64,000 bases of DNA from Myxococcota bacterium (lineage in GTDB: Bacteria; Myxococcota_A; UBA796), in contig JAQXDW010000045.1 of NCBI GenBank assembly GCA_029251165.1, positions 290-64,289 on the forward strand. The letters run 5' to 3'. Every line of letters starts with the position of its first letter. The stretch's first letter is position 1. Shown piece after piece: positions 46,176-56,072 of the stretch. Made by a program: the position numbers and the translations under genes. Under the pieces are notes generated by a model. The model did no database searches. It was not told the origin of the DNA and saw only the letters and a program-made list of their open reading frames with translations.

Positions 46176-48983
46176 TTACTTCTCCGCGCTGCCATTCTTC
46201 TCCGGCAGCATTCCCTCAATCGTGCGCCCCAGCCGCGTCCCGCCGACGACATCCTGCAGGATGCTGGCGACGTCCTTGCCCTGGAACAGGCTCACGAGGT
46301 TCATGTTCGCCGCGACCTCCTCCAGCAGCATCTTGTCGCCGACCGCAGTCAGTGCCTCCACCAGCGCAGGCTGGACGGCCTTGCGCTCTGCGACCGTCGC
46401 CGCGCTCTGTGCCGCCAGCTCCTCGAGTCGGATCCGGGTCATCTCGGCCTCGTGGGTCTGCGCTTCTGCATGGCGGAGCCGGTCAGCCTCGACGGCTGCT
46501 GCGATCGCTTTCTCAGACTGGGCCAGCTTCGCGGCGCTCTCCTGGTGCTCGCGGGCCAGCCGAGCGGTCAGCTCGCCCTCGAGCCGGGACGACGTGAGGC
46601 GGACCTCTTCTGCGGAGACCTTCTCTCGGCTCGCCAGCGTCAGCAGCTCGCGCTCGTGCTCCAGCTTCGCGACCACGCTCTCCAGCGCCGCCCGACGGGT
46701 CCGGGCCTCCTGGAGCATCTCCATGCGCTGCCGCTCGATGTCGTGGCGCAGCTTCTCGCTCCGCAGCTTCTCCTCTCCCTGGCGGTCGGAGATGTGCAGG
46801 CTGACGCTCTCTCGCTGCACGCCCTCCAGCAGGCCCGCGATCTCCTGGTCGAGGATGGTGCTGGAGAGCACCTCCACCTCCGTGACCCGCATCCCGTTCT
46901 CACCAAATGGGCGCCCGGTGCGGCCCTGCTCGGTCTTCTCGCCGAGGATGGTGTCTCGAATGACGCCGGGCACGTTGGGCCACAGCGCAGTCAGCGAGAG
47001 CTGGCGGCAGCGGCTTCGGACCAGCGAGCGGAGGTGATCGCAGAGCACCCCGACGTAGTTCTCGTGGGTGAACCACTGGTCCTTGTGGGCATCATCGAAG
47101 GTGACCTGGTAGCTGACTCGGATGTGCAGCTCGACGAAGTCGGCGGTCTGTGCCCGGATGACGTCGGTCACCCGGTTTCCGACGGTGCGCAGGAAGCAGG
47201 TCTTGATCACCTGCTTGTCGGCCTTCGGAGTGCCGGTAGAGAGGGTCATGGAGACCAGCGTCTCTTCGTACTCCAGCAGCTCCATGCACGGACCCTGGAT
47301 CACCCGGTAGCCGTCTGAGGAGGCGGCCATGATCGCGGTGTTCGGGGGCACGGTGATCGAGATGGCCCAGGGGGTGACCATCGGCTTGAGGGTCTTCTTG
47401 TGGGGCTCTCCCTCTGCGATCCAGAGGTTCCACTGCTCGGTCGGCACCCGCCGGGTGATCTGGACCTCCTTGCGCGGATCGACGAGGTATGACCGCTTCC
47501 CACGGACCAGCCGCGCCTCGCCGCTCTCCAGATCCCGGACGTAGATGCCGCTCTTCTGATCGATGCCGATCGCCTCGATGAAGGTCTCGGTGTGGTCGTT
47601 GCCGAAGTGGGGCTGACCGTTGAGGGGATCGAGGATCTCGATCTCGTTGAACGGAAAGAAGAACGAATTGACCCCGGTGAGGATCATCTCATCGCCTGGA
47701 TAGTAGATCTCCTGGGGCAGCTCGGCTCCACGAGGCAGCCGGACGGCCAGCTTCTCCCTCGGGATCTGCCGGATGAACCGCAGCCAGAGCCCGCGCTGGG
47801 GCAGCAGCTCATAGGCGTAGTAGATCCGGTTGCTGGAGCCCTCGGTGAGGAAGGTGTCGTAGGGGCCTGGGAAGACGCGGGCCGGGCCGACCTTGATCTG
47901 CCGCTTGCCGTCGGCGTCGAGGATGACGCAGAACTCCTTCTCACCGAGCACCACCGCCTGACGGATGAGGCGGTTCTTGCGGACCTCTCGCTCCAGCGCG
48001 CTGCGGTGGATCGGGCTGTTGAGCAGCGCCTGGATGGTCTCGGAGGTCAGCGAGCCGTCGCTGCCGCCTTCAAGACGAGGAGGCGCAGCAGGGCGCTGAG
48101 AGATCTGCTGCTGGATGGCCTGTCGCCGCCGGGGGCTCTGGTCCGTCTTGCTGCGTCGGCTGCGCTTGGAGTACCGCTGCGGCTCCGCCTCAAGCTCCTC
48201 AGCGGACTGCTCCGCCACGATGAACTCTTGGTCTACGATGTCTGGCTCGCGAGCGAACTCCGGCAGCGGCATCTCCTTGAGGATGCGGCGTGCCGCATCG
48301 GCGGTGACCTGTCTGCCGTTGCCATCGACCGAGAGATCCGGGACCACATCGACGCCGGTTGGCGGGATGTAGAGCTGGGTGTCCAGGCCACGGATCACGA
48401 TGAGCTGGCCACGGGTCAGGTTGATCTCGCTGGTGGAGATGTCATCAGCCGGGGCATCTTCCTCGACGGTCGCGCTGGTGATCTGCGCGGAGCGGGCCGT
48501 GATCTCGTAGTAGGGAGCCGTCGGATCGACTCCACCGTAGACCTTGACGACGAGGTACTGGTTGCTGGCGAGCTCGTGGGCATCGCGGACCTCGCAGCGC
48601 TGGCCGGGGCGGAGATAGAACGAGCAGGGACCCGGGATCATCGCCCGCGTTCCGTTCTTGAGCTGCTTGGGCTCGTTGCGGTTGGGGCGGAAGTGCCCGT
48701 TGGGGTGGCCCTCCTCGCGCTCGTTGAGGGGGTTGAACAGCACCGCATACTGGGAATCGGTGACCTCGACCATGCGCTGCGGGCGGTTGTTGGGGCTCTC
48801 GGAGAAGCCACCCCGACCATCATCGACCACCACCCGGTCTGCGGCGGTGGGGGAGACCATGGTGGGGCCGACGTGGAGGATGACCTCTCCCTTGTCGTCG
48901 TCCTGCACCCAGAGGAACTCTCGCTCGGTGACCGGAATCTTGCTGCGGCTGCCGCGTGCAGCTTCAGAATCGTATCGGCTCAT
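46176..48983 (-). CDS. major vault protein (MVP) homologue
   Basis: 935 aa. Several segments align by eye to human MVP. [22 protein letters not shown]...[11 protein letters not shown] aligns with [18 protein letters not shown]...[31 protein letters not shown] aligns with [98 protein letters not shown] aligns with the MVP shoulder region [76 protein letters not shown]. A long Glu/Ala/Arg-rich coiled coil then matches the cap-helix. Confidence 0.8.
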   Translation of the reverse strand: [935 protein letters not shown]

Positions 48984-49082
48984 GTTGACCTCTTTCTTGT
49001 TTTCTTCAGACCACGAGATGCCCCACCACCGAGGGGACGATGGAGCGTGTGCTCGCTGGCTGGAGCTGGGGGCTGGCTGCCT

Positions 49083-49101
49083 AAGTGTAGATCTAACACT
49101 T
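49083..49101. promoter_or_regulatory. near-perfect palindrome AAGTGTAGATCTAACACTT in an AT-richer promoter region upstream of the MVP-like gene
   Basis: Inverted repeat AAGTGT/ACACTT around a GATC core, about 100 bp upstream of ATG 48983. A TATACT-like element is nearby on the coding strand. Confidence 0.35.
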
Positions 49102-49151
49102 ATGGCTGAGAGTCATCCAGCAGTTCTAGTATAAATACGGATTTAGCTGAA

Positions 49152-49928
49152 CTACAGTCCCGCGAGACGTGCGGTCATGACAAACCCAGTCGCAGTCTCT
49201 GACCGGCCCTCTGGTGGGAATCGCCGCCGCAGCTCATCGGCATCTGCGACGTCGATGACCTCAAAGTCGAGCCGCCTGAGCAGGCCGGAGAGATCCTCGG
49301 GGTGGATGGCAAACCGAACCGGCTGACCGAGGTGGCTGAGCTGCGCTGGACGCGTCGCCATTGACCGGCCATCCAGCACCAGCAGCGATCGGGGTGTACA
49401 CAGCGATCGGATCGCGCTGAGGGTGGCCTTGACCTCGGCGCGGCTGGAGAACATTGCTCCACCCTCCCAGAGAAACAGGCTCCGCGTCGCAGGAGAGAAC
49501 CCCGCAGATCGCAGCGCAACCGACAGCGGGCCTTCTGGACTGACCCGAACCCGCTCGGCCATCTCGACCGCCGTGATGGCAAAGATCGTTCTATCGCTGA
49601 GTGCATCGGCGAACCGCCAGGGACGGGTGTCGTAGTCCCCCACGATGAGAACGACCTGTCCGGGATCGGGCGAGGTGAGGAACCGGGTGAGGGCGTGGTC
49701 GAAGTAGCTCGACCGTCGCAGCACATACTGGGCTTCCGCGAGGCTCACCCCCCGTGGTCTTCCCCGAATACGCTCGATGAGGCCTGGGCTGGGGAGGAGC
49801 CGGTTGACGAACGAATCGCCTGCCAGCTGCATGCGGATCTGACCCGCGATGGCAGCGGCATGGGCAGTGCTCTGGTGATTCTGAGTTGCGTTGGTCAGCG
49901 GGCCGGCTCCAGATAGGGAGTACACCAC
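49152..49928 (-). CDS. class I SAM-dependent methyltransferase, LCMT/TIGR00027-like (O-methyltransferase)
   Basis: VLIVGDYDTRPWR (VxLGAGxDTRxxR-like) and LWEGGAMF motifs. The start is taken at GTG 49928, because the ORF-track start at 50072 would overlap the convergent glutaredoxin gene by ~130 bp. Confidence 0.55.
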   Translation of the reverse strand: MVYSLSGAGPLTNATQNHQSTAHAAAIAGQIRMQLAGDSFVNRLLPSPGLIERIRGRPRGVSLAEAQYVLRRSSYFDHALTRFLTSPDPGQVVLIVGDYDTRPWRFADALSDRTIFAITAVEMAERVRVSPEGPLSVALRSAGFSPATRSLFLWEGGAMFSSRAEVKATLSAIRSLCTPRSLLVLDGRSMATRPAQLSHLGQPVRFAIHPEDLSGLLRRLDFEVIDVADADELRRRFPPEGRSETATGFVMTARLAGL

Positions 49929-49943
49929 AACAGGAGGCCACCC

Positions 49944-50309
49944 ATGCCCATTCGAGATCGTCTGCGGCGGCTGCTGAGCCTCGAGAAGCCCGCATCTCCA
50001 CCCGCCGAGCGCGCCAAGCCGGCTCCGGAACCCACGCCGACTCCGAGCACTCCGGCCGCGCGCCCTGAGCACACGCTCGTCCTCTACAAGTACGACGCCT
50101 GCCCGTACTGTCGTCGGGTGATGCAGGTCGTCGACAGACTCCGCCTCCAGGGCACCATCGAGTATCGAGACACCCGGACCGAGCCGAAGTGGCGCGGTGA
50201 CCTGCAGGAGCGCACTGGCCGTACGCAGGTGCCGTGCCTGTTCATCGACGGCGAGGCGATGTTTGAGTCTGCAGACATCGGCGACTGGCTCCAGAGCAAC
50301 TACGGATGA
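49944..50309 (+). CDS. glutaredoxin-family protein with a 35-aa Pro/Ala-rich N-terminal extension
   Basis: Active site CPYC in LVLYKYDACPYCRRV. AGGAGG SD upstream. The stop overlaps the next start. Confidence 0.75.
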   Translation: MPIRDRLRRLLSLEKPASPPAERAKPAPEPTPTPSTPAARPEHTLVLYKYDACPYCRRVMQVVDRLRLQGTIEYRDTRTEPKWRGDLQERTGRTQVPCLFIDGEAMFESADIGDWLQSNYG

Positions 50310-51049
50310 GGCGACTGATGGCTGGAGGACTCATTGTGCTGGGAGCCGTGGTGGCCGTCAGCGTGGTCGGCGGTGTCATCGTCAGTGATCCCCGGCCAGA
50401 GGGCATGCCCGGTCCCGCCGCAGAGGCCTTGACCGGTGCGCTCCAGTCCAGCGTCAACGTCGCGGCCTGGGAGCAGACCGGCGCGGTGGAGTGGACCTTC
50501 GGCGGGCGACAGACTCACCTCTGGGATCGCACTCGGCACCTCGATCGGGTGCAGTGGGGCAACAAGACTGTCCTCATCGACCTCTCCACCCAGCAGGGGC
50601 GGGCCTGGGTCGACGACGAAGAGGTCACCGGAGACAAGGCTGAGCGCCTGGTCGAGAAGGCCTGGGCGTTCTGGTGCAACGACGCCTTCTGGCTCAACCC
50701 GGTCGCCAAGATGCGTGACGAAGGCACCACCCGAGGTCTCGTCGAGCTTCCCGAAGGAGACGCCCTCCTCATCAGCTACAGCAGCGGCGGCGTCACCCCA
50801 GGGGATGCCTACCTCTGGATCCCGGGTGAGGATGGCCGACCGGCGTCCTGGCGGATGTGGGTCTCGATCATTCCGATCGGCGGCATACCCTCCAGCTGGG
50901 AAGACTGGCAGCCCCTCTCGACCGGCGCGATGGTCTCGACCAGACACAAGATGGGACCAGTGAGTCTGGAGGTGACCGGGCTCTCGGGAGCAGCCACGCT
51001 CAGCGAGCTGTACCCAGACAATGACCCGTTCGCTCCGCTTCTTCAGTAG
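50306..51049 (+). CDS. hypothetical membrane-anchored protein
   Basis: N-terminal TM helix LMAGGLIVLGAVVAVSVVGGVIV followed by a Trp-rich soluble domain. Confidence 0.45.
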   Translation: MRRLMAGGLIVLGAVVAVSVVGGVIVSDPRPEGMPGPAAEALTGALQSSVNVAAWEQTGAVEWTFGGRQTHLWDRTRHLDRVQWGNKTVLIDLSTQQGRAWVDDEEVTGDKAERLVEKAWAFWCNDAFWLNPVAKMRDEGTTRGLVELPEGDALLISYSSGGVTPGDAYLWIPGEDGRPASWRMWVSIIPIGGIPSSWEDWQPLSTGAMVSTRHKMGPVSLEVTGLSGAATLSELYPDNDPFAPLLQ

Positions 51050-51151
51050 AGCGCTGATTCTTCAGTAGAGCGGAGAGAGTGAATTCAGTGGATGACCTTC
51101 ATGTGGGCTGGTATTATTTGGTTGGTTGACCAAACAATAAATGGGGTTGCC

Positions 51152-52513
51152 ATGATCTCGCTGATTCCCAGTGCCCTGACCCGCTCGGAGTGTGCTGCGC
51201 TCATCCATCGCCTGACACCGGGCTTTCAGCGCTGCGGGACGGCATACCCGCCCTCATATCGGAGCAACGATCGGCAGGTCTTCGATGACCCTGCTCTCGC
51301 GGCCTCCCTTGCTGCTCGGCTGGGGGAGCACCTGCCGGCGTGTCACCGCGGCGGTCGGCTGGTCGGGGTCAACCATCGCCTGCGGGGCTGTCGCTATCGG
51401 CCTGGTCAGCAGTTCTCTCGCCACCTCGACGGCATCCACCACCACTCAGACACCGTACGCTCGGCCCTGACCTTCATGATCTATCTCAACGATGCTGCTG
51501 AATTTTCTGGCGGTGACACCCGGTTCTTCGCCAGCCGAACCGCTGATGCGGTCACCCACCGCATCACCCCGGCGGCCGGCAGCGTGGTTCTCTTTGACCA
51601 CGACCTGTGGCACGACGGCGAGACGGTCACCGATGGGGTGAAGTTCATCCTTCGGAGTGACCTCCTGTACGAATTCCCCCATCGACCCACTCAGGGACAC
51701 CGTGGCTACATCTGGGCGATCCAGCCGCTGTCAGACGGCACCGTGGCGACCGGGGGGCGGGACACCACCATCCGCATCTGGCGGGGGGCGGACTGCGTGG
51801 CGGTCTTGCCAGGACATGACCTCTCGGTGACGGCGCTTGCGGAGGATGGCCTCGGTCGTCTGTGGAGCGGCAGTCGTGACGGCACGGTGCGGATCTGGGC
51901 GCGGCGTCGTGAGCGCTGGTCCCTTGTCGAGACCCGACACGTGCACGACGGTGCGGTGCTGCGGCTGCTCGCTGGACCTGGCGGAGTGGTCAGCTCCGGG
52001 GCGGACGGGATGGTGTGCTGTGACAGCACGCGCCGACAGACCGGACAGGGCTGGGTGTGGGATCTGGCCTGGAGCCCCGGCGGCGGCCTGCTCACGGCTG
52101 GTGAGGATGGTCGGGTCTGCTGTGATGGCGCAGCGATTGTCCACAGCGATGAGCCGATCTGGTCGGTCGCTGTGATGCCGGATGGAGCCCCCGTTGCTGG
52201 GGATGCCGCCGGGCGGATTCACCACAGCGGTGCGATCCTTCCGGCACACTCGGGGGGCATTCGGGCGCTGCTGCCGCTGCCTGACGGGTCGCTGCTGTCT
52301 GCAGGGGAGGACAACATGGTGCGGCTCAGGGGGCGCGCGGTCGTTGTCCACGACGACTTCGTGACCGCCCTCGCGCGGGTCGATGGCGCGGTGCTGTCCG
52401 CCAGCTACGACGGATCGCTGCGGAGGACCTCGCTGGCGGCCCTCTCACCGGATCGTACGGCTCCCTCCATGAAGCCGGTCCAGACCGAGGCGGTCTCCGT
52501 CCCTGCCCAGTGA
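51152..52513 (+). CDS. 2OG-Fe(II) oxygenase (prolyl 4-hydroxylase-like) fused to C-terminal WD40 repeats
   Basis: HLDGIHHHSD...GGDTRFF...HDLWHDGETV matches the HxD...H iron-binding triad of P4H-type dioxygenases. The C-terminal half has repeated GHD..V/..DG.LWSGSRDGTVRIW WD40 units. The ATG at 51152 follows an AT-rich leader. Confidence 0.65.
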   Translation: MISLIPSALTRSECAALIHRLTPGFQRCGTAYPPSYRSNDRQVFDDPALAASLAARLGEHLPACHRGGRLVGVNHRLRGCRYRPGQQFSRHLDGIHHHSDTVRSALTFMIYLNDAAEFSGGDTRFFASRTADAVTHRITPAAGSVVLFDHDLWHDGETVTDGVKFILRSDLLYEFPHRPTQGHRGYIWAIQPLSDGTVATGGRDTTIRIWRGADCVAVLPGHDLSVTALAEDGLGRLWSGSRDGTVRIWARRRERWSLVETRHVHDGAVLRLLAGPGGVVSSGADGMVCCDSTRRQTGQGWVWDLAWSPGGGLLTAGEDGRVCCDGAAIVHSDEPIWSVAVMPDGAPVAGDAAGRIHHSGAILPAHSGGIRALLPLPDGSLLSAGEDNMVRLRGRAVVVHDDFVTALARVDGAVLSASYDGSLRRTSLAALSPDRTAPSMKPVQTEAVSVPAQ

Positions 52514-53721
52514 ATCCGGTCCACCGGCCGCGTGAGGGCATCTCCATGCACCGACAGGGTCAGCGGCCCACACACTCCAACCGGACAGCCTCGGGTCCAT
52601 GGATCCTCCGACCAGTCCTTGATCACGAGCTCGACGGGGGTTCTGGCGTCGGGGCCAAACCAGCGGGTGAGCGCTCCGAGCGCCTCCGTGCGCTGCTGGT
52701 GGACGGGGAGGGCGGTGAACCGACGGGCAGGCTCGCCGACGATGAAGCCGACCAGGGCTGCGGTGCCGTCTGGGGTGGTGTTGTCAAAGACCACCGTGAA
52801 CGGCCGGCCGTCTGCCACGACCTCCCCAGACAGGCTCGCCTCTCGCCAGAACGGTCGGTCATAGAGCGCGATGAGCTTGGTCGTTGCGCCCATCGGCATG
52901 CGCTGACAGAGCTGATCGCGACTGGCGGGCAGCTCGGGTGAGTAGCGGATGCGACCGGCGAGGACCGGCGAGATCGCCACGATGATCCGATCGGCGGTGT
53001 GCTGACCGCCGTCGGTGGTCACGACCACACGCTCGCCGGACTGATCGATGTGTCGGACGGGCTGCGACAGCCGCACGTCGAGGCCCTCCGCGAGTCGCTC
53101 GCACAACTGCTGCGCCCCGCCGACCAGCCGATCCTGCTGCGCGCCGTCTTCGATCTCGATGAGCGGTCGGATGCCCCCAGCAGCGCGGGCGTAGGAGAGG
53201 AAGTGAAGGGCCGAGACGGTGTCGGGATCCGAACCCAGTACCACCCGAACCGCAGCCGTCACCACCCGGCGCACGCTCTGGGTGCGGGTGCGCTGCCGTA
53301 CCCACTCTCCCATGGTCAGCACATCCAGTCCCGGCTCGTTGAAGCCCTGTGACAGCCGGCTGATCTGCCCCTCCATCCGCCGCAGCAGCACCTCCAGCTC
53401 GATGAGGGCGAGGGGGTGGAGCGAGGGAGTGTTGCCGCTGTAGTGCCCCAGCTTTCCGTCGAGATCGAGGATCTTGGCGCCGTGGTGGAAGGTCGGGAAG
53501 GTCTCGATTCCGAGCGCCTCGCACAGGGCATGCATGCGCTCTTGGGTCGGGCCGATCCACTGTGCGCCGAGATCAATGCTGGTGCTGCCCACGGTCTGGG
53601 TGAGGGTGCGACCACCGACCCGGTCTCGTGCCTCGACCACGGTCACCTGCTCACCCGCTCTTGTCAGGGCTTTCGCTGCTGTCAGCCCGGCGAGCCCTGC
53701 GCCGACGATGAGGACATCCAT
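52405..53721 (-). CDS. flavin-containing amine oxidase (FAD-dependent, MAO/PAO family)
   Basis: N-terminal dinucleotide fold VLIVGAGLAGLTAAKAL...VVEARDRVGGR. The C-terminal ...EGAVRSGERAA is typical of the family. Confidence 0.8.
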   Translation of the reverse strand: MDVLIVGAGLAGLTAAKALTRAGEQVTVVEARDRVGGRTLTQTVGSTSIDLGAQWIGPTQERMHALCEALGIETFPTFHHGAKILDLDGKLGHYSGNTPSLHPLALIELEVLLRRMEGQISRLSQGFNEPGLDVLTMGEWVRQRTRTQSVRRVVTAAVRVVLGSDPDTVSALHFLSYARAAGGIRPLIEIEDGAQQDRLVGGAQQLCERLAEGLDVRLSQPVRHIDQSGERVVVTTDGGQHTADRIIVAISPVLAGRIRYSPELPASRDQLCQRMPMGATTKLIALYDRPFWREASLSGEVVADGRPFTVVFDNTTPDGTAALVGFIVGEPARRFTALPVHQQRTEALGALTRWFGPDARTPVELVIKDWSEDPWTRGCPVGVCGPLTLSVHGDALTRPVDRIHWAGTETASVWTGFMEGAVRSGERAASEVLRSDPS

Positions 53722-54033
53722 GACCCCACGCTATCACTGACCAGCGGCGCCGTCAGAGCGGTGGTCAGCAGCACGGACTGTGATCGCCTCTTCTCGCCCG
53801 TCGATGTGTCGATCTGGCCTCATCTCAGGCTCTCGTGCTGGTCACAAGCCATCTCGGAACGCTTTCCTTGTGGAAGCCTCAGCGGGGCTGCGCGTGGTGC
53901 TTTGGCGGCATCCTCCAGCCCGTTCTGGGATGATCCTGCGGTGCTGGAGATGCTGGCGGTCGAGGAGGGGCGCATGGGCTGACGTTGTCGTCTCTCGGAG
54001 GCAGAGCACCGGACGCGGGATAGAGCCTCGTTC

Positions 54034-55797
54034 ATGTCCTCACCCCTGCTCCGACTGCTCCGTCGCATTGATCACCACCGCCGTCAGGTGTGGCTCGCTG
54101 CACTCTGCTCCGTGCTCAACAAGATCTTCGATCTGGCGCCGCCGGTGCTCATCGGCGCGGCACTGGATGTCGTCGTGGAGCAGGAAGACTCTCTGCTCGC
54201 ACAGCTCGGTGTCACCGACGTGGTCCATCAGCTCGTCCTGCTCGCGGCGCTGACGGTGCTGGTCTGGGGGCTGGAGTCGGTGTTTGAGTACGCCTTCGCC
54301 TGGCTGTGGCGGACGCTCGCTCAGACGGTCCAGCACGAGCTGCGCCTGGATGCCTACGCCCACATCCAGGACCTCGACATGGCCTGGTTCGCCGAGCGGT
54401 CTCGGGGCGGTCTGATGAGCGTGCTCAACGACGACATCAACCAGCTGGAGCGGTTCTTAGACGGCGGCGCGAACAACATCCTCCAGGTGGCCACGACCGC
54501 CGTTGTGGTCGGCGCGACCTTCTTCGGGGTCTCCGCCGGGGTCGCGGTCTGGGCCATCGCGCCGGTGCCGCTCATCCTGTGGGGCAGCTTTCGCTTCCAG
54601 AAGACCATCGCCCCCCGCTACGCTGCGGTCCGCGAGAAGGTCGGCGCGCTCAACGCCATCCTCGCCAACAACCTCTCCGGCATCGCCACCATCAAGAGCT
54701 TCACCAGCGAGGAGCGCGAGGTCGCGCGGCTCTCGGCAGCCTCGGAGGCCTACCGCTCGGCAAACAAGCAGGCCATCGCGGTCTCTTCGGCGTTCTCTCC
54801 GCTCATTCGGATGGCGATCGTGATCGGCTTCACCGCGACCATGGTCTACGGTGGCTGGCTGGCGATCCACGGTGAGATCGCGGCAGGCGCTTACACGGTG
54901 CTCGTCTTTCTCACCCAGCGCCTGCTCTGGCCGCTGACCCGGCTCGGCGAGACCTTCGATCTCTACCAGCGCGCGATGGCGAGCACGACCCGGGTGCTCG
55001 ACCTGCTGGACACCCCCGTCCAGATCACCGACGGCGAGACGGTGCTCACGGAGGTGAAGGGAGACGTCTGCTTTCAGGACATCTCGTTTGCCTACCCCGA
55101 GCGGCCCCCGCTGCTGGCTGACTTCTCCCTGACCATCCCTGCCGGCAGGACCGTCGCCATCGTCGGCTCTACTGGCTCGGGAAAGTCGACCCTCCTGCGC
55201 CTGCTGCTGCGGTTCTTTGATGTCGACAGCGGCCAGGTGACCCTCGACGGCCACGACGTGCGCGATCTGACCCTTGCCTCGCTGCGGCAGTCGGTCGGCG
55301 TGGTCAGCCAGCACGTCTTCCTGTTCCCCGGCACGGTCCGCGACAACATCGTCTATGGTCGAACCGACGCCACCGACGATGCGGTCTTTGCGGCCGCGAA
55401 GCTGGCGGAGGCCCACGACTTCATCTCTGCGCTGCCCCAGGGCTACGACACCGTCATCGGTGAGCAGGGACAGAAGCTCTCCGGCGGCCAGCGGCAGCGC
55501 CTCTCCATCGCGCGCGCGGTGCTCACCGACGCCCCGATTCTCGCCCTCGACGAGGCCACCAGCGCCGTAGACAACGACACCGAGGCGGCCATCCAGCGCT
55601 CGATGCGCAAGCTCGCTGAGGGGCGCACGACCATCGTCATTGCCCACCGCCTCTCCACCATCCGCCACGCCGACGAGATCGTGGTGATGGAGGGGGGTGT
55701 CGTGGTCGAGCGCGGTCGCCATGAGGAGCTGGCGGACGCCGGCGGCCGGTATGCGCGGCTGTGGGCCGTCCAGACCGGCACGAGCGACGCCGCTTGA
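54034..55797 (+). CDS. ABC exporter, fused permease/ATPase (MsbA-like)
   Basis: Six N-terminal TM helices. Walker [10 protein letters not shown], signature [15 protein letters not shown], Walker [12 protein letters not shown]. Confidence 0.85.
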   Translation: MSSPLLRLLRRIDHHRRQVWLAALCSVLNKIFDLAPPVLIGAALDVVVEQEDSLLAQLGVTDVVHQLVLLAALTVLVWGLESVFEYAFAWLWRTLAQTVQHELRLDAYAHIQDLDMAWFAERSRGGLMSVLNDDINQLERFLDGGANNILQVATTAVVVGATFFGVSAGVAVWAIAPVPLILWGSFRFQKTIAPRYAAVREKVGALNAILANNLSGIATIKSFTSEEREVARLSAASEAYRSANKQAIAVSSAFSPLIRMAIVIGFTATMVYGGWLAIHGEIAAGAYTVLVFLTQRLLWPLTRLGETFDLYQRAMASTTRVLDLLDTPVQITDGETVLTEVKGDVCFQDISFAYPERPPLLADFSLTIPAGRTVAIVGSTGSGKSTLLRLLLRFFDVDSGQVTLDGHDVRDLTLASLRQSVGVVSQHVFLFPGTVRDNIVYGRTDATDDAVFAAAKLAEAHDFISALPQGYDTVIGEQGQKLSGGQRQRLSIARAVLTDAPILALDEATSAVDNDTEAAIQRSMRKLAEGRTTIVIAHRLSTIRHADEIVVMEGGVVVERGRHEELADAGGRYARLWAVQTGTSDAA

Positions 55798-56072
55798 TGC
55801 TGTCTTCGTTGCGCTCGTGCACCGCTGCTGGCTGCATGGATGCTCGGGAGCCTGCGCCGACTCCGGTTGTGTGGCTCTGATGCGGACACGTTCCAGAGCC
55901 GCCGCGTCCACCTGACGCGGACCGAGCCTTCTGCCTCGACGCCATCGGCATCGCAGCGGCTCCCGCCACCCACAGCTCCTCCGGTGTCGGGTGTCTTCAG
56001 GGCACGGACTGCTGGCGCGGCTGACCTGGATGCCATCCGCTTGGTGGGACGCGAGTCGGATACGGTGTCTGT

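Noticed and set aside
45901-47318. Plus-strand ORFs of 378 and 440 aa
   Set aside because: They are antisense to the MVP homologue, whose long alignments to eukaryotic MVP are decisive. The plus-strand products are Ser/Arg/Ala low-complexity.
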